Origin: Haliotis rubra
Lineage: Eukaryota
NCBI RefSeq assembly: GCF_003918875.1
Contig: NW_025765024.1
Coordinates: 1 to 64,000 of the forward strand
Direction of reading: 5' to 3'
DNA length: 64,000 nucleotides
Below, piece by piece: positions 52,208-64,000 of the stretch (position 1 is the stretch's first letter; each line of letters begins with the position of its first letter). The notes below the pieces were generated by a model. It did no database searches. It was not told the origin of the DNA and saw nothing but the letters and a program-made list of their open reading frames with translations. The translations under genes and the position numbers were made by a program.

Positions 52208-53729
52208 TGCCCATATTCCACACAGTCCATGAATTCCACGACTAGCCACAAATTGACAAATTTGAGGATTCGTGGTTGAATCGTAATCAGTTCGTGAAGT
52301 TCTTAACTAATTCGTATATGGTCGTAGTCAGTTCTTGCCATTTTTAAGCAATCTGGAATTCGTGGCCAAAACATTTAACTGTTCAAAAGTTTGGCCACAA
52401 ACTCCCGGTTAAAAAATATTGTAGTTAGTTCGTATCAAATTCCAGTCCAAGAGCAAGAGGCCAGGGTCTTGTCCAACCTCTACAGAAAACGAGGATATGG
52501 CCCTCTTCACTGAGAGGAATGACTTCATCTACAACAAGAGGCGGTGAGACCACCTCTGTGCTCCTATGACCTTCACCAGTGTCTATCCAGGTAAACTGAT
52601 ACTCCGCATCCACCAGGACGAACAGCACCACGGAGAAGAAGCCTTTGTAGTTGAAGAATACACTGTCTGGATTGTGTAGTTTCCTGGTGGCCATGTGCTT
52701 GCCATCTACCCAGGGCAGGAGGAACATTCCACCGGTCTTGGAACTGCTGGGCAATGGTCTTCCAGTTCTACTGTGTCTTTGGCAGTGGCATGACTTCATC
52801 CTTCAGCTCCTGTATGATGGCCTGACAGACTTCCTGCACAAGCCATACAACTGTGCTGTAGCCACATCGGAAGTCATACTGGATGGTGTGATACCAGTCT
52901 CCTGTAGCCAGGTGCCTGAGGGTCATGGCTAGCTTCATTCCGGTATCTGGGGCTGGTCTCATGTGGATGATCCTCTTCTGGATGACTGGGCTAATCTTAT
53001 TGAGAAGTTCATCAAACATGTGAGGTGGAATTCTCACATATTTAGCAAAGGCATTCCCATGTTCCACCCTCAGCTCCTGTCTGTTGTAGTGACCATATTC
53101 TATCCTTCTACCTGGTGTCAGCGACAGTCTAACCCTCCACATGAGTACTCTTCTTCTCTTTTTTCTATCTTCTATCTATCAGCAGCTGGTTTTGATAGTC
53201 CAATTTCAGGGCCAATACTACAGCTGCTCTACGTTAAACATCCGTTTTGCACCTGACACCCAAACAGGGTTGACGGCCTTTTTATACCTATCTCCCACGA
53301 AATGTCAAGAATAGTCACGAATTCATTTATTCGTCCCTGATTCCTTCGTGCATTCGGTGTATTCTTAACTGATCGGTAACTGATTCTTAATGTTCGTGCA
53401 GTATTCGCAATAAATACTTGTAAATCGTAGTTCATTATTGACAATATTCTTGCGATTCCAGCCGAATCCCAGGAATGTTCGTAACTTTATCGTACCTGGG
53501 CCCTTATTCTCGAAACGTTAAGAATTCTTAACTTTGATCGTAGCTAATGTGATAAAAATGGGCTTTCGTACAGCTACGAACGTTTCGATAATAGCTTGCC
53601 TGTATCGTAACTGAATAGTAGAGCGTCACGAAATGAACCAGAAAATTAGCACAATTCAATGAATCCTCATTTAAAATTTATCAATTCGTGGATATTCGTG
53701 GGATTCGTGGTCAGTGTGGAATAGGGGTA
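52208..53729 (-). mobile_element. PIF/Harbinger DNA transposon, internally deleted
   Basis: TIRs tgcccatattccacacagtccatgaattccacg / cgtgggattcgtggtcagtgtggaataggggta. Confidence 0.9.
52560..53142 (-). pseudogene. Harbinger (HARBI1-like) DDE transposase, frameshifted and truncated
   Basis: KLAMTLRHLATGD..FRCGYST..VCQAI; VDGKH..FFNYKGFFSVVLFVLVDAEYQFTWIDTG. Confidence 0.9.
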
Positions 53730-56059
53730 TTGCACAGACTTTTCGAATTTCTTTCTTGAAAACAAATGCCCTATCGAACAGTAAATAGATTCAGTTTATT
53801 ATGTTGGGTAATTATTTTAAGGGTCGGAAAATCAAAAGTATATTTTTTCTTGACTGAGATTCCTTAACTCAAGGGAACGTGTGTCAAATATTTAAGTTAC
53901 ATATGTATGTATGTAATTTTTGTTATATTGTGACGTAATATCGTCTTAATATGTCGATGTCATGGAACTCGCAAGCAAACCAATATGTTTTTAATAGAAT
54001 ACTTCGTTCCTCAAACCGAATGTTGGCATACCGCCATGAAAACTTGCGACAAGCCTTCCTGGCGACCTCAGCTGATAGTACAACTGCCTTTCTATGGGAC
54101 CTGGGATATCATTGGGTGTGGACAGCATCCGCTTCAAACACTTACATTTCGATATGAATGCGGAATATTCTACTTTCACCATTTCTCGGAACATTCTACC
54201 TACTAAAATACTCCTGTATCTAATGACCACCTTCTCCACATGGAATGTCCAACACACCATGACGTTCTCTGAATGGAGCGCCCATGACCACCGACAGACG
54301 TAGCGTACATAGCTCATGTCCAGGAACCTTGGTCGTCCACGGATAATCTAATATCTATATGGTAAAACAGAGACCATATAATGTATATTATTTGTTATAT
54401 GTATGAGAATCGTGTTTTAATGTCTGCAAACAAAATTTTATCCGACCCGTTTCACGATTTACATTCTTGTTTTAAACTTTTACCATCTGGACGTAGATTC
54501 CCAAAGGTCCCAAACATCTTTTATACCTGTTAGCATTAGACTTTTAAATGAATGTTAGACCCAGACACAATTTTAAATGCATTTGACTACTAGTCTCTTA
54601 CAGTATACACTGGTTATCCTTCTCATCCTGTTTATCTGTGTGTTTAAGGTGATCGTTGTTCTTTGCTTAATTTGTTTTGACCATACTGTATGCCTCACTG
54701 TTGTAAAAGGAATTCCTTTGTCGGGCAATAAAGTATTATATTTTATGATCTCTGGGTCAAGTGAAAGACACCGAGTAGAAATGCCGATCTTTAACCAAGG
54801 TGTTATAATGTATAATACATTCTGAAATATGTTGAAAACAAATGTGTCGTCTTTAGTCATAGCATGGAGCTGCTGAAGGAGCGTTTCGCCATATGTTTTG
54901 TGAACAAATATAACGAGCCTGCTATTCCAGTTTTGATCCAAATATTGAGCCATATTTTGCTACGTAACAACCCAATTAAAGCCATAACACTGTGCCATAT
55001 GTACACGCATGATTCATTTACTAAAATAATCAAATCTCGACAAATATTGTCCAAGAGAGTATTTACAAAATTGATTGAAACTACCGGAACAAATCGTTAG
55101 TCCAAGTCTCATTTGCCACACCCAAATATTATGGTGCTAAAGCAGAGACGACCTATTTTAATTGTTTATATAACCATTTGTTAACTAAACAAACTGTTAA
55201 AGAATAGAAATTTGTAAAACGGGATCTATAAACATGTTACACCGTAATCCATTGCGTTATTGCGTTGTCATAATATTGTCTACATTGTTTTGTATGTTAA
55301 AGATTATATCAACTGTTTGGTTTGTACTTTTAGTTTTGAACTGACCTAATATGACATTTTTGCAGGCCCTCACCTTAATATTCTGTTTCATCAGATATGT
55401 TAGAAATGGGAGCAATATGACACGTGTACATAAATAAAAAAACTGTATCATATTCTGTTAGTTGAGTATGATTCTGTAGTTAATATATGACTATGATTGG
55501 ACACGACATAAGCGTTATGTTACGTAGTGATATTTTTGTGCTTGCTTAACATCGGCCTCCATAGATGAGAAGCAGTTTTAACATTCATCACGTTGACAGC
55601 CAGTACCTCCGGTATAGAACGCGTGAATCTCGATCCAACACTGATATAGCTTTCTGATTAGGTGATTGTGAGTGAGTGAGTTGAAACTTAACGTCACATC
55701 GGCAATATTTCAGCCATATCGTGACAAGAATTTAAATATGAAGACTGAATACATTACGAATAGGAAAGCATATGAATAACTAGATTATCATAGGTACAAG
55801 TTAAAACTAGATGGTAGCATTTAAAGGAATACATAATAAACAACAACACTGTAAAATGGGTCATAGATCGCCAGCAACCGAAGGTAGAACACCATACTTA
55901 GGACCATGAGGACTAACAGTACTTTTGCTACCTGCATGGATACACACACACGCACGCACACTCGCACGCACGCACGCACGCACGCACGCACACACATTTC
56001 AGCCGATGACGATTGTGACAAATTTAGCCAAGCATAAAAAGAACACATACTCTACGATT

Positions 56060-56308
56060 GAGTGAGTGAGTGAGTTTAGTTTCACGCCGCACTCAGCAAT
56101 ATTCCAACTATATGGCGTCCGTCTGTAAATAATCGAGTCTGAACCAGACAATCCAGTGATTAACAGCATGAGTATCGATCTGCGAAATTGGGAACCGATG
56201 ACATGTGTCAACCAAGTCAGTGAGCCTGACCACCCGATCTCATTAGTCGCCTCTTACAACAAGCATGGCTCACTGAAGATCAATATTCTAACCCGGACCT
56301 TCACGGGT
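56060..56308 (-). mobile_element. Headless SINE family B, full length
   Basis: 9-bp TSD tctacgatt (56051-56059 / 56309-56317); begins acccgtgaaggtccgggttagaat; (cact)n tail. Confidence 0.92.
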
Positions 56309-57297
56309 TCTACGATTAAAAACACTGTAAATAAATATACTTCGAATGACGTGGTCTTCCATAACCAATCCAGGGACCATGATTTTACACTACTTCAACA
56401 CCCTCTGATGGCAAAGCCACTAATAATCTATATGTTACCATATATATTCTACCAAACATAGAGCACATTTATTCTATACGGTACAAATGATCACATTTCG
56501 GCTTAGGTTCGAAGCTTTAGAAAGTTGTATGTGCATTAATTAAGTAGTGTAGCTGTGAGAAACGAGAGTCGTGATGCACAGAGAATTTCTGGCAATTCCG
56601 TGAGTATATGTGTGGGTGAATTTAGAAAGTGTTCTGTCTGAGTCTAGAAGATAAATCGAAAACTCTTGACGTAAAATGGAATATGAGTTTATCTCGGTAT
56701 GTATCGTAGATAACAATGGATTTACATGAAAGCAATTAGCACTCCGAACTCGGGAACATCTGCTGTCATCACATTCTGCAAACACTAGACATGTTTGATA
56801 AATGTATATCTGGGAACTGACATTTGGAATAAGTGGATTTGAAATGATGCAGATATTGCAAAAGGAAATAACAAAACACAGTAGTGACAATTAGCTCTGC
56901 TATTTGCGCCCCGCCATTGACGGAGTGATGTCCCACACATGTGGGTGGACGTTGTGGCACCAGAGTGGCTGTTGGCCTGGAGACAATTACAACGAGTTTA
57001 TAACTTGATTATTTCAATCATATCTATCGGGGCAATCTCCAAACACACATTCCGGCTTTGTAAGATTTGGAAATATTTCCACGCAAATCGAATTAATGTG
57101 TATTTAGCCATGTGAAAGTCAAAGTTTATTTTAGAATTTCAGATTTCATTCGGTGTTGGAAATGGACTTTAGCACAAAACACGTCTTTCCGGATTTTGTA
57201 TGGGGGTTGAGGTGTTTTCCTTGTAAATCAGTATATATTCGATCATTAGCTATAATTACACCATCAAACAACATATTGTTCTAGATAAAGTCTCGAG

Positions 57298-57634
57298 GTG
57301 AGGTGAGGTGAAATTGGGTTTAACGTCGTGCTTGAGAACGTGCATGCGTGTGTATGTGTATGTGCGGCTGCTTGTGCTAGCCCAGACTTAAGCTGGTTTT
57401 ATAGTGCTAGCCCACTGAGATACCATGCCGCAGTGAAGCATGAATACCCCACTCAGACACATTATACTTACTCCGAGCCGACCAGTCCTTGTTGTACCCA
57501 TTAATGCCGAGCGCCAGACAGGGACCAACAAGTACCATATTTTAACGTCTTTTGGTATGACCCGGTCGGGGATCGAACTCGCGACCTTCCGCTCTCGGGG
57601 CGGACGCTCTAACCACTACACCACGGAGGCGGTC
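57298..57634 (-). mobile_element. tRNA-derived SINE family C, full length
   Basis: tRNA A/B boxes (gtggtgtagtggttagag..gagttcgatcccc), (cctca)n tail, 14-bp TSD gataaagtctcgag. Confidence 0.95.
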
Positions 57635-57976
57635 GATAAAGTCTCGAGCTCTGCAATGACGTAATAATACAATTATTACACTTCCCGTAATAATCCTCTT
57701 ATTTCCTGTTCCTCACTAACAGCACAGGTGTATCACGGAAGTGTCACCTGTCATAACACGACGGAAGGCACCATTCTGAAGAATTAACCTAGCTCGGATG
57801 TCTCAATCACCATCAGGTGATCGCACTGCTCTATCTTGAATAATTTTTATTTTACTCAATCGTTACGAATATTATATCTCATATTATTTGTCAGTTCCTG
57901 AGACAAAGGAAATTCTGATGTAGTTAATGGCAGTTGTTAGTTACCGATAGTTACCCATTATCAGTTGTAACAGGGA

Positions 57977-58143
57977 CTGACTGACTGAGTTTAGTTTTAC
58001 GCCGCTTTTAGCAATATTAGAGCAATATCACGGCGGGGGACACCAGAAATGGGCTTAACACATTGTGCCCATGTGGGGATTCGAACCCGGGTCTTCGGCG
58101 TGACGAGACAACGCTTTAACCACTAGGCTACCCCACCGCCCCC
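57977..58143 (-). mobile_element. SINE family A, young copy
   Basis: 13-bp TSD gttgtaacaggga; (cagt)n tail. Confidence 0.95.
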
Positions 58144-58411
58144 GTTGTTGTTGTAACAGGGAGACGATATACCGTTGTAGATTATCCCCTGGTTGTAAGG
58201 ACTGTCAAGCTATATCAAATGTACCAAACCAGAATTGTCGGTCTATATCAACTCTTATCTGTCCAGTATGGAAGTCGTGTTTCATCATCAGAGATGGACT
58301 ATTGGTGACTTGAACAATGCTTAACGTATAGTCATCAGCAAAATACAATTCATATACACTACACAGTGCTGGAACCCCGTTGAGCAGGCGGCATTGTTCC
58401 AAGGAAATAAG

Positions 58412-58576
58412 GGGCGGTGGGGTAGCCTAATGGTTAAAGCGTTAGCTCGTCACGCCGAAGACCCGGGTTCGAATCCCCACATGGGTACAATGTGTGAAGC
58501 CCATTTCTGGTGTCTCCCGCCGTGATGTTGCTGGAATATTGCTAAAAGCGGCGTAAAACCAAACTCAGTCAGTCAG
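58412..58576 (+). mobile_element. SINE family A, young copy
   Basis: TSD ccaagga(a/c)ataag; (cagt)n tail. Confidence 0.95.
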
Positions 58577-60639
58577 CCAAGGACATAAGCCCTTAGCATC
58601 GAATAATTGGTACATACGGTAATGTCCCTTTAACACTGATACATACGTCTCAACAGTAGTCATACTGGGGCTTATACAGCACTCCGCATTTTCACCCGTT
58701 TTGACGAGAGTTTCAATGGTCATTAAATAGACTTCCATGACAACATGGTGTGTGTGTGTGCGTGCGTGCGTGCTCGCGAGCGTGCGCACCCCTGCCTTGA
58801 TCCGCCTATAATTATTAATAGATGCACTACTGCAGGGGTTCCGGATTTATAAACAGGATTCGGATTAATGAAGATTCACTGAATCATGTTCTCAAAATGC
58901 GGTCCCGTTTGACCTGCGTCACTTTATATTTCTTAATTAAGCTACTGATTGTTTTTAGATTATTGTATTTGCAGTGCATGTCGTTCAAAAATCGTGTTTG
59001 CTTGTGTTGATTAGGTTCATTGTATTATTCAGTCACCAGCAGTGTCCAACATAAAGCCATATCCTCCCTCCTTTTATTTAACCTATTGATTGTTTTTACA
59101 CTATTGTATTTACAGTGTGGTGTTTCTGTGGTATGCATAGAAATCCAAACAACAGAAAAGTTTCAAATTCAACAGTCGTTAAAACAGAGAGACTATATAA
59201 CGTGTTGTAGATTATCCCTGGTTAAAATAACGAAAATACAATAGGAAGTTTGCATCGAGTAACGTTGTCTTTTGTTTCCTTTTGTGTGCTTGTGAAAACA
59301 ATATGAAGCTGTGAATTTTGTTATGATGTCTAGAATCGGACAATTTAAATCGTATTGAACATGAAAGGGTTGTGCATTATCATTTCGTGTGGTAAGCTAG
59401 TAAGTTCGAGAGAAAGAGTTATGTCCCTTAGATATCCTCGTACCAAAATGGTTCAGCAGACAACGAAACTTTGACCCCATGACGAAGTTTATAGACAAAA
59501 CGTAAACAGTTATGGACTTAGGTCCTCAGATTAATCAAGGCTTGAAACATCTCTCAGAATTCGAACTAACCATGGTATTTATTTTTGTTACATTATATCT
59601 AACGCAGTTTTTTTGTTGTAAACAAGGAAACACGCAACACATGCAAACTGACAACGTCTTGTCAAATTACGAAACAACTAACTGTCAAATCAAAACATAT
59701 TTTTGTGACAGTCGGCTAATTACATTACACTGAATGAAGTAGATGTATTTTAGGCATTGGTGTTTTCCCGAAATGGCACTGACAACTTTATTGAACTGTT
59801 TAAAAAGGAGAAATCTGAATAAAATGCAGTCCCCTGGCCCTGGAAAAAAGCCGACATGCATTGATTTGAAACTTCACGTGTGCAATGTCAGTATTGTGAA
59901 ACAATTTTGTTTGCTTGTGTTGCGTGGTTCATTGTATCGTTCATTTGTCAGCAGTGTCCAACATAAAACCATATCCTCCCAATTTTACAAACATTTCTTA
60001 TGGAGTCTAATTTGTTAGTTTTTACAAGAGCCATCTTGTTGAAGGTGGTAACACTGATACATAGGGCTATGTAATGCAGACGCTTTTCAGTTTATAGAAA
60101 TTTGGTGCAAAATCTTAGTACTATATAAAATACTAGAAGGTACTCTGGAATACCATTCCTTGATGGCTAAACTTAATCATTGCACATACAAGGCAAACTG
60201 CTTTGAAATCCAGCATGGCAGTTCATATTCTCCGAAATATATCTCTGAATTTATATGAGATTTTCATTATCACAACAGTCATGCATTCAGGGAGCATACA
60301 CATGCTGTATTTACTTATGCACCTTTTGAACTCGTTATCAACATGGCAAAACAGAACTACAACATGAACCGATTTCATTTGGAGGAGTATGGAATTGTCA
60401 ACAGTTTTGTAGTAGTGGACACCATTTTGGTTTTGGTTAGGGTAGACATCTCTGTACCCTATCAGCCCAGTTTGGCAATTTCATATAATAATCTTATTCT
60501 TACTTCATTAAGCATGCTGAATGATAAAAATGGGGATCTTGATGATGATGGTTCCATTTGTGCACAACCAATTTCAATCCAAGTATTTGTTCATAGTTCT
60601 AAATGATATGGAAGGATAAAAGTTAAACTCAGGGAATGT

Positions 60640-61200
60640 ACATATTATTCATAGTAAGAAACTTTGAGGAGGTATGTCTTTTGTCCACATTTGAATGCAA
60701 ACAGTGAAGGTGATGTCTTAAGATTCAGTGACAGATCTGCAGAGTATGAACAAGATTTTGAGCTGTTATTACTATTAGTGGATGTTGTTAGATGATCATA
60801 GGATGTGATGAGATCTGTATGAAATGATTGGGTCATGCTGTTAACACATGTGTAGGTGATGGTCAATATTTTGTATACTGAATCGTTGCTTGGCTGGGTA
60901 GCCAGTGTAATGACATAACTGATGCAGTTGATGCTGTCATACCATTTGTCTAACACATGCACTGCTGACTTCTGACTTTTCTGAAGTTTTGTGAGTGGGA
61001 TTCGTTGATGTGATGAACCCATTACAATAATCCAGAGTGGAGAGGGTCACGTACCTGACTTCATGATGTGCAGCTTCTTTTGTGAGGTATGTGTGAATGG
61101 ATTGATGTACCTTGAGTGGAAATCACAGGGCGTACATGTATACAATGTGTGAGGATTCACAGATTAGCCAGAGATATGTATGGTGCTCATGGATCTCCAT
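60640..61200 (-). mobile_element. L2-clade LINE 3' fragment
   Basis: STLDYCNG..KLQK.QKSA..YKILTITY..SPSLFAFK..KTYLLKVSY. Confidence 0.75.
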
Positions 61201-61832
61201 ACATCATAGATAACATATGTTATATTTGGGATTACACTTTCTCAGTAAAGTACAGATGCTTGTAGTTATTTTGGATGTAGTCCCATCTGGGATTTGAATC
61301 CACACTCTCAGAGTCAGGCATATAGTCACCAGCACACAACTTCAGGAATCAAATCCATTCAGATCTGACTCACTTTGAGTGCTGGGGATTAGGTATTTGA
61401 ATTGGTACTTCACTGGCATAGTTTACTCTATAGTAAGTGTGGGAAAACTAGACAAACAGGCAGTGAAGAGTTTACTTTGAAACTCGGAAATATCAACATG
61501 GCTTGAGTTTGGATGCTACTTTATCATGTAAGCATATTTTTCCAGATACCTGATTGGTCTAGAGGCGGTCATGTGACCGTCGACAGAAAAGCATATTGAC
61601 TCCAACCCAGGTCCTACCAAAAGTCATATTGACTTGAGTTACTAAAAATAGATTTTGACGTCAAGCTATGGCGTCATTCTATTGTTTACATGTCACAGTA
61701 TTGTTGACATAACGTTATTGGTTTGTAGCGAAAATAAAATTACTTTTCTTAACTAAATGGACATGTTTTGGCTTTTAGAAGCTTTTTACATAATTAAATT
61801 ATATAATATATATATAATAATTACATAATAAA

Positions 61833-61970
61833 ACAATCATGGACTGGTGAATTTGGTCAATACCTGTTTTTATGGACCCGCGAAAAGCAATATTGACCGA
61901 GGACGAAGTCAATATTGCTTTTCCGGGTCCATAAAAACATGTATTGACTTCATCACCAGTCTATAATTGT
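61833..61970. repeat. Long palindrome (~65-bp arms, 10-nt loop)
   Basis: ..tgtttttatggacccgcgaaaagcaatattgac-cgaggacgaa-gtcaatattgcttttccgggtccataaaaaca.. Confidence 0.9.
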
Positions 61971-62622
61971 ATATTATCACATACTGTAATATATTGTCCA
62001 CTGAGCCTCAGTGCTTTGACTTCCCTTCTCTGCAGCTTCCTTGCATCACAATGGTGGTGTGTACTTTAGAACAAAATGTTGCAGGCTGCTAAATTTTCTC
62101 TAGGGATGTCAGCTTGGTCGTTTTGAATAATACAATCTAGATATCGGTCTCTGCGATCTTTCTTCATGTCTGATTGAAGTGGTTCAAATATGATGGTGAA
62201 AGTTATTTGGGTGTATCAATATGACTCTAATGTGGAGACATACATGTTACAACAAGGTGAATCATAACATGGAATCCCACTTCCACATATGCCATCATAT
62301 GCTTATGAGTAGACTAGAGCCACTGGCATGATAAATGAACACTGGGCAATAATATCAATAATATCGTTGCTTGCTAAACAATGTAATGGAATGAAAACTC
62401 ACTGCAATCACTACAATATACTGATGTTTCAGTTGTTTGATTTCATCAGCTATCAGAGTCTTAAAAGTCAAGTAAGAAATCTTTGTTTGTTTATATTCCA
62501 GTACATAAAGTGATTCTTCTGTGTTTTGGTTTACTTTGCAACACCCACCCATCTACTGCTAATTATTACAGGTTTTATTCTGGGTTAGAATGGCTCTCAA
62601 AACACCTATGTCTGATGTAAGA

Positions 62623-62789
62623 CTGACTGACTGAGTTTGGTTTTACGCCGCTTTTAGCAATATTCCAGCAAAATCACGGCGGGGGACACCAGAAATGGGC
62701 TTCACACATTGGGCCCATGTGGGGATTTGAACCCGGGTCTTCGGCGTGACGAGCCAACGCTTTAACCATTAGGCTACCCCACCGCCCCC
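62623..62789 (-). mobile_element. SINE family A, young copy nested in an old family-B remnant
   Basis: 12-bp TSD tctgatgtaaga (62611-62622 / 62790-62801). Confidence 0.95.
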
Positions 62790-64000
62790 TCTGATGTAAG
62801 AGGTTGAGTTACTTATCAAGTGATTTGGTTGACAGCATGCAGACATACCCCAACATCCAACTAGATTGAGAGGACATCTGAGATTGTATATATACCCCAG
62901 GGGCTAGTTTAAGATAGATCCAACAACATGTGCTTATTATAACTGGCAGCTTAATGGAATGTTTGGTTAGATTCTGTCCGATAGAATGTCAATCAGGGCT
63001 TTACAACATTTGCAAATGTGTGTCCAGCATGCACAAATGTAGAGAATGGATGCAGACAAAAATTCACTGTGTCCATGGGTTGCACAATATTATTCATTGT
63101 ACCCACAACACATCTATGACTCTGCTAAGTGTTTGGTTGTTTCTTTCAGAGCAGTTACATGCATCATTTCATCCATCAGTCCACATGATCATGATTCATT
63201 CCAGGCTCTAAGGATATTGTCAAAAGATACAGTTCTCTACACCGTTACAACAGAGGACCCTCGTAATGCCTGCAAGGACCCTTAAAACTAATATTTAGGT
63301 GTCCCAGGGGACCCCCATGTTTGTGGGTCCAATTAGATGATGCTGTAAATGTTGCTCATGATATCATCCATTGGTTTGTCTGGTCCATATTTGAATATTT
63401 ACAAAGTGCCACCTGTATTGGAATGTATTGCGGTACAAGTTTATTTATCACTACACAGTACATAAGCAGTTGTAAGTAATTATCCCAAACTGGTTCCCCC
63501 TCTCAGGTTATACAGTGGTATTGGTAACTAGCCATGCTTATGTTACCATGGTTATTTCTTTCTGCACTTGATGCAGTGTTGCCATGGTTACCACATTTAC
63601 TAATGTATTCATCAGTTTACCATCACACAAGGATGTTTCCTGAATATGTGTGATCATTATTGATCTAAAATTATGTGTATTCTACATACAATAACATGGT
63701 TTGGAGTATAGAAATAGATATTTCAGCATATTTGTTGTCATTAGTTACTGTTGACACACATTTGCATTAATAACTTTGTAGACATTTGTCTTCGACAACT
63801 GACAATAACATCTCCGTTTTGGCACATGAAAACTTTACTTACTTATAAAATAATAATTATAATAAATACTAATAAAAATAGTGTGTGTGTATGCCACAAC
63901 TTTCATAATGATTATCATTCATATTTCTTCCCGTCAATGTTAATTATGGATAATTTTAGTTTTTGCTAGTTCAAAGATTCAAATGTTGTAGAAATAAAAT

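Noticed and set aside
53950-54330. Overlapping short ORFs, possible exon
   Set aside because: No motif or convincing splice sites
58412-58485. Functional tRNA genes
   Set aside because: tRNA-like heads continue into SINE bodies with tails and TSDs
63151-63262. Possible plus-strand exon (AVTCIISSISPHDHDSFQ..)
   Set aside because: ag/gt boundaries only; no homology recognised

Overview
Eukaryotic, AT-rich, repeat-dense genomic DNA. The SINE families with (CACT)n/(CAGT)n tails, the LINE types and the intronless Cys-loop receptor point to a mollusc, possibly an abalone-like gastropod (inference only). The left ~40 kb is indel-ridden, like unpolished long-read consensus, and the right ~20 kb is clean. 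Genes: (i) one intact single-exon, non-alpha nicotinic-acetylcholine-receptor-like subunit (45988-47181, minus strand); (ii) a multi-exon plus-strand receptor with SRCR + several Ig domains + transmembrane helix + Tyr-bearing cytoplasmic exons (~18950-42900), whose 3' part lies in a ~9.17-kb tandem duplication (24953-34120 / 34121-43305). Mobile DNA: two well-supported tRNA-headed SINE families plus fragments of a third, decayed LINEs (CR1-like, L2, L1/Tx1-like, R4-like), Penelope-like fragments, two solo LTRs with 4-bp TSDs, an internally deleted Harbinger, MITE-like elements and a ~40-unit 69-bp palindromic minisatellite. The most notable observation is a TSD-flanked SINE-like family with no tRNA head. 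It starts exactly at a ~75-nt covarying, pseudoknotted RNA fold ending in a hairpin-CTAA-closing stem. This resembles HDV-type ribozyme topology without P1 and is a candidate 5' processing or structured RNA element.
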